DNA from: an uncultured bacterium
GTDB taxonomy: Bacteria; Oederibacteriota; PGYV01; CAWJRG01
Direction of reading: 5' to 3'
Assembly (NCBI GenBank): GCA_963845185.1
Contig: CAWJRG010000010.1
Location: 844,140 to 908,139 of the forward strand
DNA: 64,000 nucleotides
The translations under genes were made by a program, and so were the position numbers. Under the pieces are notes generated by a model, which saw only the letters and a list, made by a program, of their open reading frames with translations, searched no databases and had not been told where the DNA came from. Below are positions 37,517 to 48,171 of this stretch, piece after piece. The number at the start of each line of letters is the position of its first letter. Positions within the stretch are counted from its first letter, which is position 1.

Positions 37517-38113
37517 ATGAAAAACAAAACTTTATTTTTAGCAATTCTTTTAACTGCGGCAATAAGCTCCAGCCTGCTTGCAGACAACAGGCTTATTTTC
37601 ACGGAATTTGGCATTAGTTACGCTTCCATGATAGCGCCGCCTGTTCTTGAGAACAACACAACAGGAGTTTTTGATACTGCTTCTTTGGACGTAAAAGCAG
37701 GAGTGGATATCTTAAAATGGGCGGATGTATACGCCGGAGGCGGTTTAATGTTTTTTGCCTTAAGACCAAATTCCGCAGAGAACTATACTTTTTACCCGAT
37801 TTATGGCGGTATACGCGCAAATATTTTTCCGGACTGGATTGTTTATCCTGGAGTGCTTTTTGAATTAGGAAAAGCAATATCCAGCCAGCACTTGAATAAT
37901 GAATTAATGTCACAATTAGGTCCCCTTTATTCACCCCTTGATTATTCCTGGGCCGGGACATATTATAATTTTGGTTTTGACCTGAACATGAACGTAAATG
38001 ATATAGCAATACTTTCACTTAAAATAGACAGGCCTGCTATCAGCAGCGGCGACACAAAATTAGGCGAAATTCAAATTTTCAGGGTTGGTCTTGCCTGGAA
38101 AATGCTGTATTGA
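37517..38113 (+). CDS. Small outer-membrane beta-barrel-like protein
   Basis: Signal peptide, amphipathic strands, aromatic C-terminus. Confidence 0.55.
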   Translation: MKNKTLFLAILLTAAISSSLLADNRLIFTEFGISYASMIAPPVLENNTTGVFDTASLDVKAGVDILKWADVYAGGGLMFFALRPNSAENYTFYPIYGGIRANIFPDWIVYPGVLFELGKAISSQHLNNELMSQLGPLYSPLDYSWAGTYYNFGFDLNMNVNDIAILSLKIDRPAISSGDTKLGEIQIFRVGLAWKMLY

Positions 38114-38123
38114 GGTGAAAACA

Positions 38124-39560
38124 ATGAAAATAAAACAATTAATCATAATTTTACCGGCTATACTATTTTTCTCAATAAACCTATACTCTGCAGAACCAAA
38201 ATCTGCAATAGCAGCAAGTGAAGGCACGGCTGCAGCAGCTACGGCACAGCCTACTGCAAATGCAACAGTTACTCCATCAAATGCGTTAATCCTGACATAT
38301 GACGACTGCTACAAGATGGCTTCTGAAAAAAACCGTGATTTCCGCATGGCTAAAATGGACAAGATAATAGCTGAATCTGAAATGCAGAAGGGCATAGCTG
38401 CTTTCGGACCGAGTATCTCACTTTCAGGCGGATACGAGCCGATAAATGTACCTGCCCCAACTGCTCCAGGCAATACACTTTATGATTTTGTCGGAGCCTA
38501 TTTACCTGCAAATTTTCATTCACCATTTTATTTGAGCCTAGCCCCTCAATTTTATTACATGGCCCAAATAACATTGTCACAGCCTATTTTTACTTTTGGA
38601 AAAACATTTTTTGGATTTAAGATTGCAGATGAAGCATACAAGATAGCAAAAATAAAATTCAATAAAGCGGAACAAAAGCTTACGCTTGACGTAATAAACG
38701 CTTTTTACGGAGCCCTGATTGCTCAGGAACTTAACGATGTGCAGCAGGAGGCACTTAAAGCAAATGAGGAATATTTAAGGATAACGAAAACAAAATACGC
38801 AAATGGACAGGCGTCAAACTTCGACGTTTTACAGGCACAGGTGCAGTATGCAAACTCTTTACCTGACGCAAAAAAAGCAGAGGATGGAGTAATAATTGCA
38901 AAACAAATGCTGAAAAACACACTTGGCCTGCCGCTTGACCAGGAAATAACCCTGTCGGGCACAACTGAATATAAAAAATTTGAAATGACCTATGATGAAA
39001 TAGAAAAGAAATTTAAAGAGAAGAACAACGACAGGGAAATGATTGAAGCAGCGGCAAATATTGCAAAATATACAAAAGATTTAGAGGCTGCAATGCTTTT
39101 GCCAAATATAGGACTAAATGCAAATTATGATTATGTTTCTTCGGACCCTGCATTTCACCACGAAGCCTGGGACTGGCAGTCATCCTGGACAGTCATGGTA
39201 GGATTACAGTGGACATTTTTTGACAGTTTTAAAAATGTAGCATCGCTAAGGGAAGCAGCTGCCGCAGAGGAAAAAGCCAACCTTAGCAAGGAAAATACGG
39301 ACAATCTTTTGAAAATACAGCTCGACCTGTTTTACACATCGCTGGAAGAATCAAAGCAGATTATAGAGGCGGCTGATGACCTGATAAAGCAGGCGCAGGA
39401 AGGCTACAGGATAGCGAAGGAAAGCTATAAAAACGGGCTTATCCAGAGCGTGGATCTCTTAAATTCCGAAACTGGGCTGCTGCGCGCAAAGATAAATTAC
39501 CTTAACGCAATGATGAACTACATAACAACGGCTCAGACATTAAGGAATTTTGTGGAATAA
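38124..39560 (+). CDS. TolC-family outer membrane efflux protein
   Basis: Two OEP repeats (YANGQASNFDVLQAQ and YKNGL...DLL). Confidence 0.92.
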   Translation: MKIKQLIIILPAILFFSINLYSAEPKSAIAASEGTAAAATAQPTANATVTPSNALILTYDDCYKMASEKNRDFRMAKMDKIIAESEMQKGIAAFGPSISLSGGYEPINVPAPTAPGNTLYDFVGAYLPANFHSPFYLSLAPQFYYMAQITLSQPIFTFGKTFFGFKIADEAYKIAKIKFNKAEQKLTLDVINAFYGALIAQELNDVQQEALKANEEYLRITKTKYANGQASNFDVLQAQVQYANSLPDAKKAEDGVIIAKQMLKNTLGLPLDQEITLSGTTEYKKFEMTYDEIEKKFKEKNNDREMIEAAANIAKYTKDLEAAMLLPNIGLNANYDYVSSDPAFHHEAWDWQSSWTVMVGLQWTFFDSFKNVASLREAAAAEEKANLSKENTDNLLKIQLDLFYTSLEESKQIIEAADDLIKQAQEGYRIAKESYKNGLIQSVDLLNSETGLLRAKINYLNAMMNYITTAQTLRNFVE

Positions 39561-39565
39561 ATTCC

Positions 39566-39667
39566 GCACCTCTTGTCCTGGGCCTGGCGGCCTCGGACTT
39601 GAACGGGTGCATGCAAGAGTAATATTTTGCTGCGCCCTTTAGGGGCTTACAAAATAAACTCTTGCAT
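39566..39667 (+). repeat. Family-1 element, copy 4 (inside the operon)
   Basis: GCACCTCTTGTCC..GGACTTGAACGGGTGC plus an ATGCAAGAG/CTCTTGCAT stem; abuts AGGAGG. Confidence 0.9.
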
Positions 39668-39676
39668 AGGAGGAAT

Positions 39677-40621
39677 ATGATGCAAAGAAAACAGATGAAA
39701 CAAATAGGAATATGGATATTGATAGTAATTCTGGCAATAATACTTATTCAGGTTGTTATTAGTATTGCAAAAAGCATAAAAAAACCTGAAGAGCTTGTTT
39801 TTAATGTGAACACAGTCAAGCTTCAAAAACAGAAGTTACAACATATCCTGACCGTCCAGGGGATACTTGAAGGTGACCCTCAGGTCAAAGTATACCCCCA
39901 GGTACCTGGAAAGTTCGCAAAGAATGTGGTTGCCGAGGGTGACAGCGTAAAAAAGGAAGATGTGCTGGCATATCTCGACAGGGACATGGTCGGGTATAAA
40001 TACGAACTCGCGCCAGTCAAGTCGCCGGCGTCAGGGATAGTTACAAAGTTATATTATACAGATAAAGGCGACGCAGTAAGCCCGGAAATGCCTGTTGCAG
40101 AAATTGGAAACGAGGATAATGTAAAAGTCGTTTTTAACCTTGGACAGGACGATTTGTTAAAGGTACATAAAGGGCAACCTGTCCAGATATTCTTTGTTGA
40201 TGACCCGGCTATTTCCATTGATGGCGAAGTTTTTTCAGTCCCGCCGGTGGTAGATACGGACATTATGGCCGGTACAGTTGTCGTAAAGGCGCCGAATAAG
40301 GCAAAGACAATGAAAATAGGCATGTCGGTAAATGTGGAGATTTTAACGGGAGAAACAGACAGCTATATGATCCCTGAAAGAGCAGTCCTGCTTGGCGAAG
40401 ATTTTTCATATGTTTACATTGATAAGTCGGGCAAAGCAACGCAGGCAAAAGTGACGACCGGTATGAGGCAAAATGACTTAATAGAAATAGCAGGACCTCT
40501 GGCTGATGGTGACGAAGTAGTTACTGACGGGAATTTCAAATTATTTGAAGGTGCAAAGTTAAGCGCAGCTTCATCCCAGGTTACGTCGGTGCCTGTAACA
40601 ACAACAACTGCGGTAAAATAA
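39677..40621 (+). CDS. RND periplasmic adaptor 1, lacking the alpha-hairpin
   Basis: N-terminal TM, lipoyl halves, GMSV, IPERAV and GDEVVTDG motifs. Confidence 0.9.
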   Translation: MMQRKQMKQIGIWILIVILAIILIQVVISIAKSIKKPEELVFNVNTVKLQKQKLQHILTVQGILEGDPQVKVYPQVPGKFAKNVVAEGDSVKKEDVLAYLDRDMVGYKYELAPVKSPASGIVTKLYYTDKGDAVSPEMPVAEIGNEDNVKVVFNLGQDDLLKVHKGQPVQIFFVDDPAISIDGEVFSVPPVVDTDIMAGTVVVKAPNKAKTMKIGMSVNVEILTGETDSYMIPERAVLLGEDFSYVYIDKSGKATQAKVTTGMRQNDLIEIAGPLADGDEVVTDGNFKLFEGAKLSAASSQVTSVPVTTTTAVK

Positions 40622-40649
40622 ATTATTAACTTTAAAAGGAGTTTTTAAT

Positions 40650-43600
40650 ATGAATATAGCAGGACTTGCCATAAAAAGGCCTGTCTTTATAGTTATGTTG
40701 GTTGCAAGTTTAATAACAATAGGCCTTGTTGGTTATTTCAGCCTTTCAGTAGACCTTTTACCTAACGTGGAATTCCCAAATATCGTTGTTACAATAACAT
40801 ACCCGGGAGCTTCGGCTGAAGAAATGGAAAACCTAATAACAAAACCTTTGGAAGACTCTTTTTCCACACTTGAAGGGCTAGACAAAGTGATATCATCGTC
40901 AACTGAAGGGGTCTCTGTTGTAACAGCGCAATTCAAGCTCGGCGTTGATGTGAAATTTTCGGAAATAAAGGTGAGGGACAAGGTTGCGCTCACAAAAACA
41001 ATATTACCCGACGGCATAAACGAGCCGATAATACAGAGGTTCACTTTTGCGGACATACCTATACTTTTCATGTCTGTAGCCGGCAAGAGGGATACTGTAA
41101 CATTGCGCGAGCTTATAGAAGACAAAATACAGCCCCGCATAGAGCAGCTGCCGGGTGTAGCCTCCATATATATATGGGGCGGCAGGAAACGGATAGTAAA
41201 GATAACAGTCGATAAAGCCCTGCTCCTGGCAAATAAACTGAATATGAACCAGATTACAGCCGCTATAAGCAGCAGGGACCTGAATTCTCCTGTTGGTATT
41301 GTAGAAGGGCCTGAAAAAAACATTACAGTAAGGGTAAAAGGAGAGTTTGAAGATGTAAATCAGATAGCCAATACCCCTATTACCTCTATGTCCGGGAAAA
41401 TAGTCAGGATAAAGGACATTGCAAAAGTCGAGTTTACTGCAGAGGATGAAACCACCCGTGTGAGGGTTGGCAGTCAACCGGCAGCGTCATTTGCTGTTTT
41501 TAAGCAGAGCGGCGAGAATTCTGTACAAGTGGCAAAAGAGGTAATAAACGCAGTAAAAGATATCCAGAAAGACCTGCCCTCCGATGTAATTCTTGCGGTT
41601 AACGGCGATACAACCCGCGGTATTGTAAGGAGTATTGAGGGCGTCCAGGAAAACATATTAATTGGAGCCTTACTTGCCATACTTATAGTATGGCTTTTCC
41701 TGGGTAATTTCAGGTCTGCAATAATAACTGCAGTTGCGCTTCCTGATTCCATAATCGGCGCATTTTTTCTCATATGGATAGCAGGATTTTCGATAAACAC
41801 AATAACCCTGCTTTCGCTTGCCCTGGCGGTCGGGCTGCTTATAGATGATTCAATTGTCGTGCGCGAAAATATATTCAGGCATATTGAAGAGGGCATGAAG
41901 CCTATGGAAGCCGCGGAAAAAGGCACAAATGAAGTCGCGCTTGCTGTAATATCAACCACACTTTCCATAATGGCAGTATTCATTCCGATATCGTTTTTAT
42001 CCGGCATGATTGGCCAGTTTTTCAGGCAGTTTGGACTGACAGTGGCTTTTGCCCTGGGAGTTTCTTTGCTTGATGCTTTTACCATGGCACCCATGCTTTC
42101 CGCCTACTGGTACAGGAAAAGCGACGAAAAGAAGAGGACAGGCTTTATAAAGTGGGTTTACCAGCAATCGGATAACTGGAATAAATTTTACGATGAGCTA
42201 AAAAAAGTATACAAGGATATTATTGCATGGGCGCTCGAAAACAAGAAAAAGGTACTGCTTGCTGCTCTCATGCTTTTTGTGGCAAGCTTTAGTTCCTGCT
42301 TTTTCGTAGGAAAGGGATTCATGCAGCAGGATTCCGGGTACGCGATAATGAATATCCAGACTTATACAGGCGCGCCGCTCGATAAAACAGATTCCTACAT
42401 CAAAAAGCTGGAGGAGTTTGTGGCAAAACAGCCTGACGCTGAATCATATTTCATTATAACAGGCGGAGGATTTTCCCAGGACGCGAGGTCCAATACAGGC
42501 CTGCTTTTCATAACCATGAAGCCTTTAAGCCAGAGGAAGGTGACAAAGACAACAGATGATATGCAGCAGGTAGTGAGGAAGTATATCAAGGACCAGAAGC
42601 TCGATAAATATATAACAGCGGCTTTTGCCGTAGGTGGAGGCATGGGCGGTGACAGCAACTCAAACACGCCTGTCCTGATAACAATTGCGGGAGATGACTT
42701 AAGGGTATTGTCCCAAATAGGGGAGAAAATCAAAAAAATAGTCCAGTCCACTCCCGGAACAGCCGATGTCGACATTTCAATAAAACCGGGACAGCCGGAA
42801 ATAGTCCTGAAAGTGGACCCGATAAAATCTGAAAAACTTGGCCTTACAACCTATGATATATCCACTGCGTTAAGGACGCTGGTGCAGGGTTTGAAAATAG
42901 CCATATATAAAAAAGCTGAAAAAAATTATGACATCATAATGCAGATGAACAAGTCGGACAGGAAAGTCACAGACGACATCAAAAGCATTTACCTCACAAG
43001 CAAAACAGGCAAAAAAATACCGCTTACTGCCGTGGCTGATTTTGAATACAGCTCGGGCCCGACAGAAATAGACAGGGAAAATAAAACCAGGATCGTGCGC
43101 ATCACGGCAAACCTGGCCCCGGGCTATAACACCGGCATGGTTAACGCAAAAATACAGCAGGCACTTGATAAGGAAGTAAAGCTTCCGACGAATTACAGGT
43201 ACGTAGCCGGCGGCCAGCAAAAGCAGTTTATGGATGTTTTAACCCAGATGTCGCTTGCCATGCTGCTTGCGTTTTTATTTATGTACATGATACTGGCTTC
43301 ATTATATAATTCTTTTGTCCAGCCTTTTATTATAATGCTTTCTGTTATCCTGGCATTTATTGGAGGCCCGATAGCGCTGCTTATGACCGGTTACCAGCTT
43401 GACCTTTTTGCTTTTATAGGGCTTTTGATGGTCATGGGTTTAGCTGCAAAAAACGGAATATTACTGCTTGATTTCACAAACAAAATGCGTCAGCGCGGCA
43501 TGCAGATAAGGCAGGCGTTGCTGCACGCGGCACCAATACGGTTAAGGCCTATTTTGATGACGACTTTTGCCATGATATTTGGCATGTTGCCTATAGCATT

Positions 43601-43796
43601 GTCAATGGGCGAGGGGGCCAAGGGAAGGGAATCCCTGGCAGTTGTAGTAATAGGAGGACTTTTGACATCCACATTCCTTACACTGGTAATTGTACCTGTG
43701 GTTTATGAGTGGGTAGAGGGCAAACTGGAAAAAGGAAAAGAAAAAAAGACTGTCAAAAAAATAACTGGACGGGCAGCAAAAAAAATTATAGGATAA
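40650..43796 (+). CDS. RND efflux permease 1 (AcrB/SwrC-like)
   Basis: AIKRPV, YPGAS, GLLIDDSIVVREN, KNGILL and RLRPILMTT motifs. Confidence 0.96.
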   Translation: MNIAGLAIKRPVFIVMLVASLITIGLVGYFSLSVDLLPNVEFPNIVVTITYPGASAEEMENLITKPLEDSFSTLEGLDKVISSSTEGVSVVTAQFKLGVDVKFSEIKVRDKVALTKTILPDGINEPIIQRFTFADIPILFMSVAGKRDTVTLRELIEDKIQPRIEQLPGVASIYIWGGRKRIVKITVDKALLLANKLNMNQITAAISSRDLNSPVGIVEGPEKNITVRVKGEFEDVNQIANTPITSMSGKIVRIKDIAKVEFTAEDETTRVRVGSQPAASFAVFKQSGENSVQVAKEVINAVKDIQKDLPSDVILAVNGDTTRGIVRSIEGVQENILIGALLAILIVWLFLGNFRSAIITAVALPDSIIGAFFLIWIAGFSINTITLLSLALAVGLLIDDSIVVRENIFRHIEEGMKPMEAAEKGTNEVALAVISTTLSIMAVFIPISFLSGMIGQFFRQFGLTVAFALGVSLLDAFTMAPMLSAYWYRKSDEKKRTGFIKWVYQQSDNWNKFYDELKKVYKDIIAWALENKKKVLLAALMLFVASFSSCFFVGKGFMQQDSGYAIMNIQTYTGAPLDKTDSYIKKLEEFVAKQPDAESYFIITGGGFSQDARSNTGLLFITMKPLSQRKVTKTTDDMQQVVRKYIKDQKLDKYITAAFAVGGGMGGDSNSNTPVLITIAGDDLRVLSQIGEKIKKIVQSTPGTADVDISIKPGQPEIVLKVDPIKSEKLGLTTYDISTALRTLVQGLKIAIYKKAEKNYDIIMQMNKSDRKVTDDIKSIYLTSKTGKKIPLTAVADFEYSSGPTEIDRENKTRIVRITANLAPGYNTGMVNAKIQQALDKEVKLPTNYRYVAGGQQKQFMDVLTQMSLAMLLAFLFMYMILASLYNSFVQPFIIMLSVILAFIGGPIALLMTGYQLDLFAFIGLLMVMGLAAKNGILLLDFTNKMRQRGMQIRQALLHAAPIRLRPILMTTFAMIFGMLPIALSMGEGAKGRESLAVVVIGGLLTSTFLTLVIVPVVYEWVEGKLEKGKEKKTVKKITGRAAKKIIG

Positions 43797-43823
43797 ATGC
43801 AGACTAAATATACATATGCAATT

Positions 43824-43862
43824 ACAGGCAGCCGAGGATTTAATCCCGCGGTTGCCTGTTTC
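43824..43862 (+). terminator. Intergenic hairpin between the RND modules (terminator- or REP-like)
   Basis: ACAGGCAGCCG...CGGTTGCCTGT followed by a short T run. Confidence 0.45.
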
Positions 43863-43891
43863 AGTTTATGGACAAGAACCCGGAGTCGAAA

Positions 43892-44788
43892 ATGAAAAAG
43901 ATACTTAAAAATTCAGCACTTGCGTTGTTGGCACTGATTGCCGCGCTTATGATATTCAGGATAGCGGCCAAAATAATACAGGGCGCTGAGAAAAATAAAG
44001 AGCTGTTATACACAGTAGCCGGGAAAACCCTGAAGCCGGAAAGTGTCGATGTGATAATCAGGCTGAACGGAAACGCAGAGGGAGACCCGCAGGTGATGTC
44101 TTTCCCCATGCTTTCCGGGAAATTCGATAAAAATATTGTAAGTGAAGGCCAGCAGGTACAAAAGGGCCAGATAATAGCATATATCGACAGGGATATTGCC
44201 GGAGGCGGCTTTGAGCTTGAGCCTGTAAAGGCAGCATCAGGCGGAATGGTCATAAAGCTTTATTACAGGGACAAAGGCGCAGAGGTATGGACAAACAGGC
44301 CCATAGCCGAGACAGGAGACAGCTCTGTAATAAAAGTATCAATTCCTGTGGGGCCGGAAGAAACCGAAAAGATAAAAAAGGGTATGGCTGCGAAAATTTA
44401 TCCTGCAAATGACCCGGAGCAGGGAATAGAGGCCTCAGTTGAAAGTGTCACTCCATTTGTTAACGGCGAAAACTCAGATGGAAGAGTGATTGTCAAAGGC
44501 AAAAATGCTGACGGAAAAATAAAAATAGGAATGAATGTGACAGTAGAAGTCAACACAGGAACAAAGCAGGCTTTTATGGTGCTTGAAAGGGCAGTGCTGC
44601 TCGGACAGGGCAGGGCATACGTTTTTATCAATGACCACGGCATAGCCCGCGAGCGATGGGTAAAGACGGGGTATATTAAAGGCGACTATATTGAGATAAG
44701 CGGCGACATAAAAGAGGGAGAGCAGATAGTGGTAAACGGGGCATTCATGCTGAATGACGGCGCGAAAATAGACTTCAAGGAACAATAA
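43892..44788 (+). CDS. RND periplasmic adaptor 2, lacking the alpha-hairpin
   Basis: Paralog of 39677 (EGDPQV, GKF.KN, DRD..G...L.PVK); start could also be 43868. Confidence 0.88.
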   Translation: MKKILKNSALALLALIAALMIFRIAAKIIQGAEKNKELLYTVAGKTLKPESVDVIIRLNGNAEGDPQVMSFPMLSGKFDKNIVSEGQQVQKGQIIAYIDRDIAGGGFELEPVKAASGGMVIKLYYRDKGAEVWTNRPIAETGDSSVIKVSIPVGPEETEKIKKGMAAKIYPANDPEQGIEASVESVTPFVNGENSDGRVIVKGKNADGKIKIGMNVTVEVNTGTKQAFMVLERAVLLGQGRAYVFINDHGIARERWVKTGYIKGDYIEISGDIKEGEQIVVNGAFMLNDGAKIDFKEQ

Positions 44789-44790
44789 AA

Positions 44791-47700
44791 ATGAATTTAC
44801 CTGAAATTGCAGTTAAAAGGCCGGTTTTTATAGTAATGATAGTTGTCGCAATTATTACACTCGGCTTAATAGGCTATTCAAGAATGGCAGTTGAGCTCGT
44901 GCCAAATGTCGAGTTTCCAACAATAACGATCATGACTGTTTACCCCGGCGCGTCTTCGGAGGAAATAGAAAACCTAGTCTCAAGGCCGATAGAAGACTCG
45001 CTTGCAGCGGTGGAAGGAATAGAAAAGATAAGCTCGACTTCTTCAGAAGGGCTGTCGGAAGTAAATGTGCAGTTTAACCTGGGGACAGACATAAAATTTT
45101 CCGAAATAAAAGTCAGGGAAAAGGTACAGCTTGTCAAGCCAACCCTGCCAAAAGATATAGACGACCCTATAGTGAGCAGGTTTTCTTTCCAGGATATAGA
45201 GGTCATAGACGCGTCAATAAAGGGCAACTTTGACCTTTTCAAGCTCAGGCAGCTTGCCGAAGACGTGGTAAAGACCAGGCTTGAAAAACTGCCCGGGGTG
45301 GGAGACGTGGAAATATGGGGCGGCAGGGAAAAGGAAGTAAAAATAGCAATATCAAAAGCGCTGCTTATCGCAAAGGGAGTAGGGCTTGATACAGTAATAA
45401 AAGCAGTCGCTTCGGAAAATGTAAACTATCCTGTCGGCGTCATGAAACGCGACGAGAAAAACGTGACGGTAAGGGTAAAGGGGAAGTTTGAGACAATACA
45501 GGACATAGAAAACCTGCCGATAAAAACATATATGGGCTCGACAGTCCGGCTCAAGGATATCGCAAAAGTTACGTTTGACCTGAAAGAAGAGATGTCAAAA
45601 GCGCGTACCATGGGGACAAACGGGGTCATGTTCAGTGTTTTCAAGCAAAGCGGGTCAAACTCGATACAGGTCGCGGACGAGGTAACAGAAGCGCTGAAAC
45701 ATATGAAAAAATACCTTCCCGAGGGAGTCGAAACAAATGTAATTTACGATACCACGGTTTATATAAGGCACAGCGTATCAGGAGTCCAGGAAAATATAAT
45801 AATCGGGGCGCTGCTTGCCATACTTGTGGTATGGCTGTTTTTGGGGAATTTCCGATCCACCATGATAACTGCCGTGGCTTTGCCGGACTCTTTGCTAGGA
45901 GCTTTTTTCCTGGTGTGGCTTGTCGGTTACTCGATAAACGTGATTTTGCTCATGGCTTTATCGCTTGCCATAGGCCTGCTTATAGACGACTCGATAGTTG
46001 TGCGCGAAAATATTTTCAGACACGTGGAAGAGGGCATGGGAAACAAGGAAGCCGCTGTAAAAGGCACAAACGAGGTTTTTATGGCAGTAATTGCGACCAC
46101 CCTGTCGATAATGGCTGTTTTTATACCTATATCCTTCATGACGGGCATAATAGGCAAAATGTTCAGCCAGTTTGGTTTTACGATAGCTTTTGCCCTGGTC
46201 ATCTCGCTTTTTGACGCTTTCACTACAGCACCCATGCTTTCGGCTTACTGGTATAAAAAAGAGGAGCCGCATAAGAAAGGATTTGCGAAATTCGCGGCAG
46301 ACCTTTCAAAAAAATGGAATGAATTTTATTATAACTTAAACGACATTTACAAGGAAATACTGCTGTGGGCACTGGGCAGAAAGTGGACAGTAATAGGCGT
46401 CTCGGCCATGCTTTTTGGCGCCAGTTTTTTTATTGTGCCGTATCTTGACAAAGGATTTTTTAACGCAGGCGACGAGGGTATGTTTACAGTAAATGTGGAA
46501 GCGTATCCGGGAGCTCCAATAGGCAGGCTTGACAGCGACTTGAAGGCAATAGAGGCATTTATAATGAAACAGCCTTCGGTTGAAAGTTATTTTTCACGCA
46601 TTGGCGGAGGAAGGTCGGCGGCGGACCAGAACCAGGGATTTATTTTCGGGACAATGAAGCCTGAGGGAAAAAGAATATTATCATCCAAGGAACAGTCCCA
46701 GGTAATAAAGGATTATATAAGGAAAAATTTCGGCAGGGAGCTTTTTGTTTACGAGGAAACGCACGGCGCAGAGGCGGTACTTTCCGGCTCAAACAGCACA
46801 AGCCCTATCACACTTGAAATAAAAGGCGACGACCTTACGGTTCTGGAAGACCTTGGCAGGCAGGCAAAGAAAATAGCGCAGGAGATACCGGGAGCAATAG
46901 ACGTAAACACCTCTTTCAAGCCCGCAAAACCGGAGCTGGTTGTAAAACTTGACAGGACAAAGGCGGCAAAGCTCGGGATATCGACAGCTGAAATAGGGCA
47001 GACCCTGAATACTTTAATAGAGGGATATAAGATTTCCGATTACAGGAGCGAAGGAAAGGACTACGATATTGTAGTGCGGATGGATAAAAAAGACATATCC
47101 ACGGTTGACGACCTGCATGGACTGATGATTACAACACAGACAGGCGCAAAGGTGCCCCTGGATGCTGTCGCGACAATTTACTATTCATCGGCGCCGGTTG
47201 AGATACTGCGTGAAGACAAGACAAGGATGGTAAAGATAAATGTGAACGTAGCAAAAGGCTACTCACTCGGTGAGATAGTGGTAAAAATTGATAAAAGGCT
47301 GAAAAAAGAAATAAATTGGCCGGAGGGGTATATGTACGAGTTTACCGGCGAGGACAAACAGATGAAAGACATGGCAACGCAGATGATACTTGTTATACTT
47401 CTTTCTGTGCTGTTTATGTACATGATACTCGCATCGCTTTATAACTCTTTTATCCAACCTCTTATCCTGATGCTGTCTGTACCTCTGGCAATCATAGGGG
47501 CTTTTACAGCACTTTTGATTACAAAAAAGCCGCTCGATATGATGGGATTTATAGGGATACTCATGGTGCTCGGGCTTGTGGCAAAAAACGCGATACTGCT
47601 TATAGATTTTACAAACAAGAAAAGGGAGCAAGGCATGTCTATAAGGGAAGCATTATTACACGCGGGCCCTGTACGCCTGAGGCCAATACTTATGACGACA

Positions 47701-47916
47701 TTTGCCATGATATTCGGCATGTTGCCCATTGCGCTTGGCATAGGCGAGGGCGGCCGCGGCATGGAATCAATGCCTGTGGCTGTGATAGGCGGGCTGTTGA
47801 CTTCCACTTTCCTTACTCTGATAGTGGTACCTGTTGTATATGAACAGGTTGAGACTTGGTTGGAAAAAAGAAAAGCTTATAAAGTAAAAGGCTTAAAAGC
47901 TAAAAAAATAAATTAA
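44791..47916 (+). CDS. RND efflux permease 2
   Basis: Close paralog of 40650 with the same motifs. Confidence 0.96.
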   Translation: MNLPEIAVKRPVFIVMIVVAIITLGLIGYSRMAVELVPNVEFPTITIMTVYPGASSEEIENLVSRPIEDSLAAVEGIEKISSTSSEGLSEVNVQFNLGTDIKFSEIKVREKVQLVKPTLPKDIDDPIVSRFSFQDIEVIDASIKGNFDLFKLRQLAEDVVKTRLEKLPGVGDVEIWGGREKEVKIAISKALLIAKGVGLDTVIKAVASENVNYPVGVMKRDEKNVTVRVKGKFETIQDIENLPIKTYMGSTVRLKDIAKVTFDLKEEMSKARTMGTNGVMFSVFKQSGSNSIQVADEVTEALKHMKKYLPEGVETNVIYDTTVYIRHSVSGVQENIIIGALLAILVVWLFLGNFRSTMITAVALPDSLLGAFFLVWLVGYSINVILLMALSLAIGLLIDDSIVVRENIFRHVEEGMGNKEAAVKGTNEVFMAVIATTLSIMAVFIPISFMTGIIGKMFSQFGFTIAFALVISLFDAFTTAPMLSAYWYKKEEPHKKGFAKFAADLSKKWNEFYYNLNDIYKEILLWALGRKWTVIGVSAMLFGASFFIVPYLDKGFFNAGDEGMFTVNVEAYPGAPIGRLDSDLKAIEAFIMKQPSVESYFSRIGGGRSAADQNQGFIFGTMKPEGKRILSSKEQSQVIKDYIRKNFGRELFVYEETHGAEAVLSGSNSTSPITLEIKGDDLTVLEDLGRQAKKIAQEIPGAIDVNTSFKPAKPELVVKLDRTKAAKLGISTAEIGQTLNTLIEGYKISDYRSEGKDYDIVVRMDKKDISTVDDLHGLMITTQTGAKVPLDAVATIYYSSAPVEILREDKTRMVKINVNVAKGYSLGEIVVKIDKRLKKEINWPEGYMYEFTGEDKQMKDMATQMILVILLSVLFMYMILASLYNSFIQPLILMLSVPLAIIGAFTALLITKKPLDMMGFIGILMVLGLVAKNAILLIDFTNKKREQGMSIREALLHAGPVRLRPILMTTFAMIFGMLPIALGIGEGGRGMESMPVAVIGGLLTSTFLTLIVVPVVYEQVETWLEKRKAYKVKGLKAKKIN

Positions 47917-47984
47917 AAAATATGGTACGAAAAGCAATCTAGTTCTTATTATTATGAGGGACAGTTACTATAAAAATTATAGAC

Positions 47985-48058
47985 AAAAACCCGGGGCATT
48001 ACCCTCCAAACCCCCTCTTATTAATTCCCCTTATTTTGCCCCGGGTCTTTTTTATTTT
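47985..48058. terminator. Bidirectional terminator-like hairpin with a 38-nt C-rich loop
   Basis: AAAA-ACCCGGGGCA/TGCCCCGGGT-CTTTTTT. Confidence 0.55.
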
Positions 48059-48095
48059 GATATTTTATATAAACCATAAAATATTAACAAAATAC

Positions 48096-48124
48096 TTGAC
48101 AAACAATAAAATATCAATTATAAT
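48096..48124 (+). promoter_or_regulatory. Sigma70 promoter
   Basis: Perfect TTGACA-17-TATAAT upstream of family-1 copy 5. Confidence 0.75.
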
Positions 48125-48171
48125 TAATGCACTAAGGATAAAAATAGAATTGTTAGTTTAAAAAACAAAGA

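Noticed and set aside
40650..47916. RND duplication as an assembly artefact
   Set aside because: The paralogs are substantially diverged at both protein and DNA level.
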